DNA of 43,248 nt from Betaproteobacteria bacterium. GTDB taxonomy: Bacteria; Pseudomonadota; Gammaproteobacteria; Burkholderiales; SG8-41. The DNA is taken from positions 1 to 43,248 of the forward strand of contig JANNPG010000053.1 of assembly GCA_031399805.1 (NCBI GenBank), given 5' to 3'. Positions 43,179 to 43,248 of the stretch are shown here, piece by piece (position 1 is the first letter of the stretch; every line of letters begins with the position of its first letter). The position numbers and the translations under genes were made by a program. Under the pieces are notes generated by a model, which had not been told where the DNA came from, made no database searches, and saw nothing but the letters and a program-made list of their open reading frames with translations.

Positions 43179-43248
43179 GTATACGCAGATCAGGTCTTTG
43201 CCTTTCTGGTTGATGATGGTGTCGACTGCGACCGCCGTCTTGCCGGTC
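43173..43248. repeat. 76-bp perfect inverted copy of 42941-43016 (fold-back, likely artefact)
   Basis: Base-for-base reverse complement; junction at the CGCGAC microhomology. Confidence 0.92.

Overview
Betaproteobacterial-type chromosomal replication-origin region made almost entirely of housekeeping genes. The left arm is mostly on the minus strand: a truncated Bug/TctC binding protein, a split and divergent aconitase X (swivel + catalytic subunits), tctA-tctB, and the tkt-gap-pgk-pyk-fba cluster. That cluster has a class I aldolase and is interrupted by a small ORF and a SAM methyltransferase. Next come def-fmt-[collapsed htpX remnant]-rsmB-DUF4390-ntrY-ntrX, LysM-dprA-topB, a second Bug gene, and dnaA-dnaN-gyrB, with a probable oriC unwinding site (DnaA boxes + DnaA-trios) between dnaA and dnaN. 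The right arm is on the plus strand: rpmH-rnpA-yidC-mnmE, two parS sites, mnmG-rsmG-parA-parB and atpIBEFHA. The last 76 nt are a fold-back (inverted) copy of atpA and are probably an artefact. No tRNA, rRNA, CRISPR array or transposase was seen. The most unusual signals are a 26-codon in-frame mini-htpX, an AcnX pair with altered catalytic and Fe-S motifs flanked by TTT transporter genes, a tandem duplication of the pyk 3' end with only synonymous changes, and an A/T-ending codon patch inside yidC. All family assignments come from remembered motifs; no searches were run.
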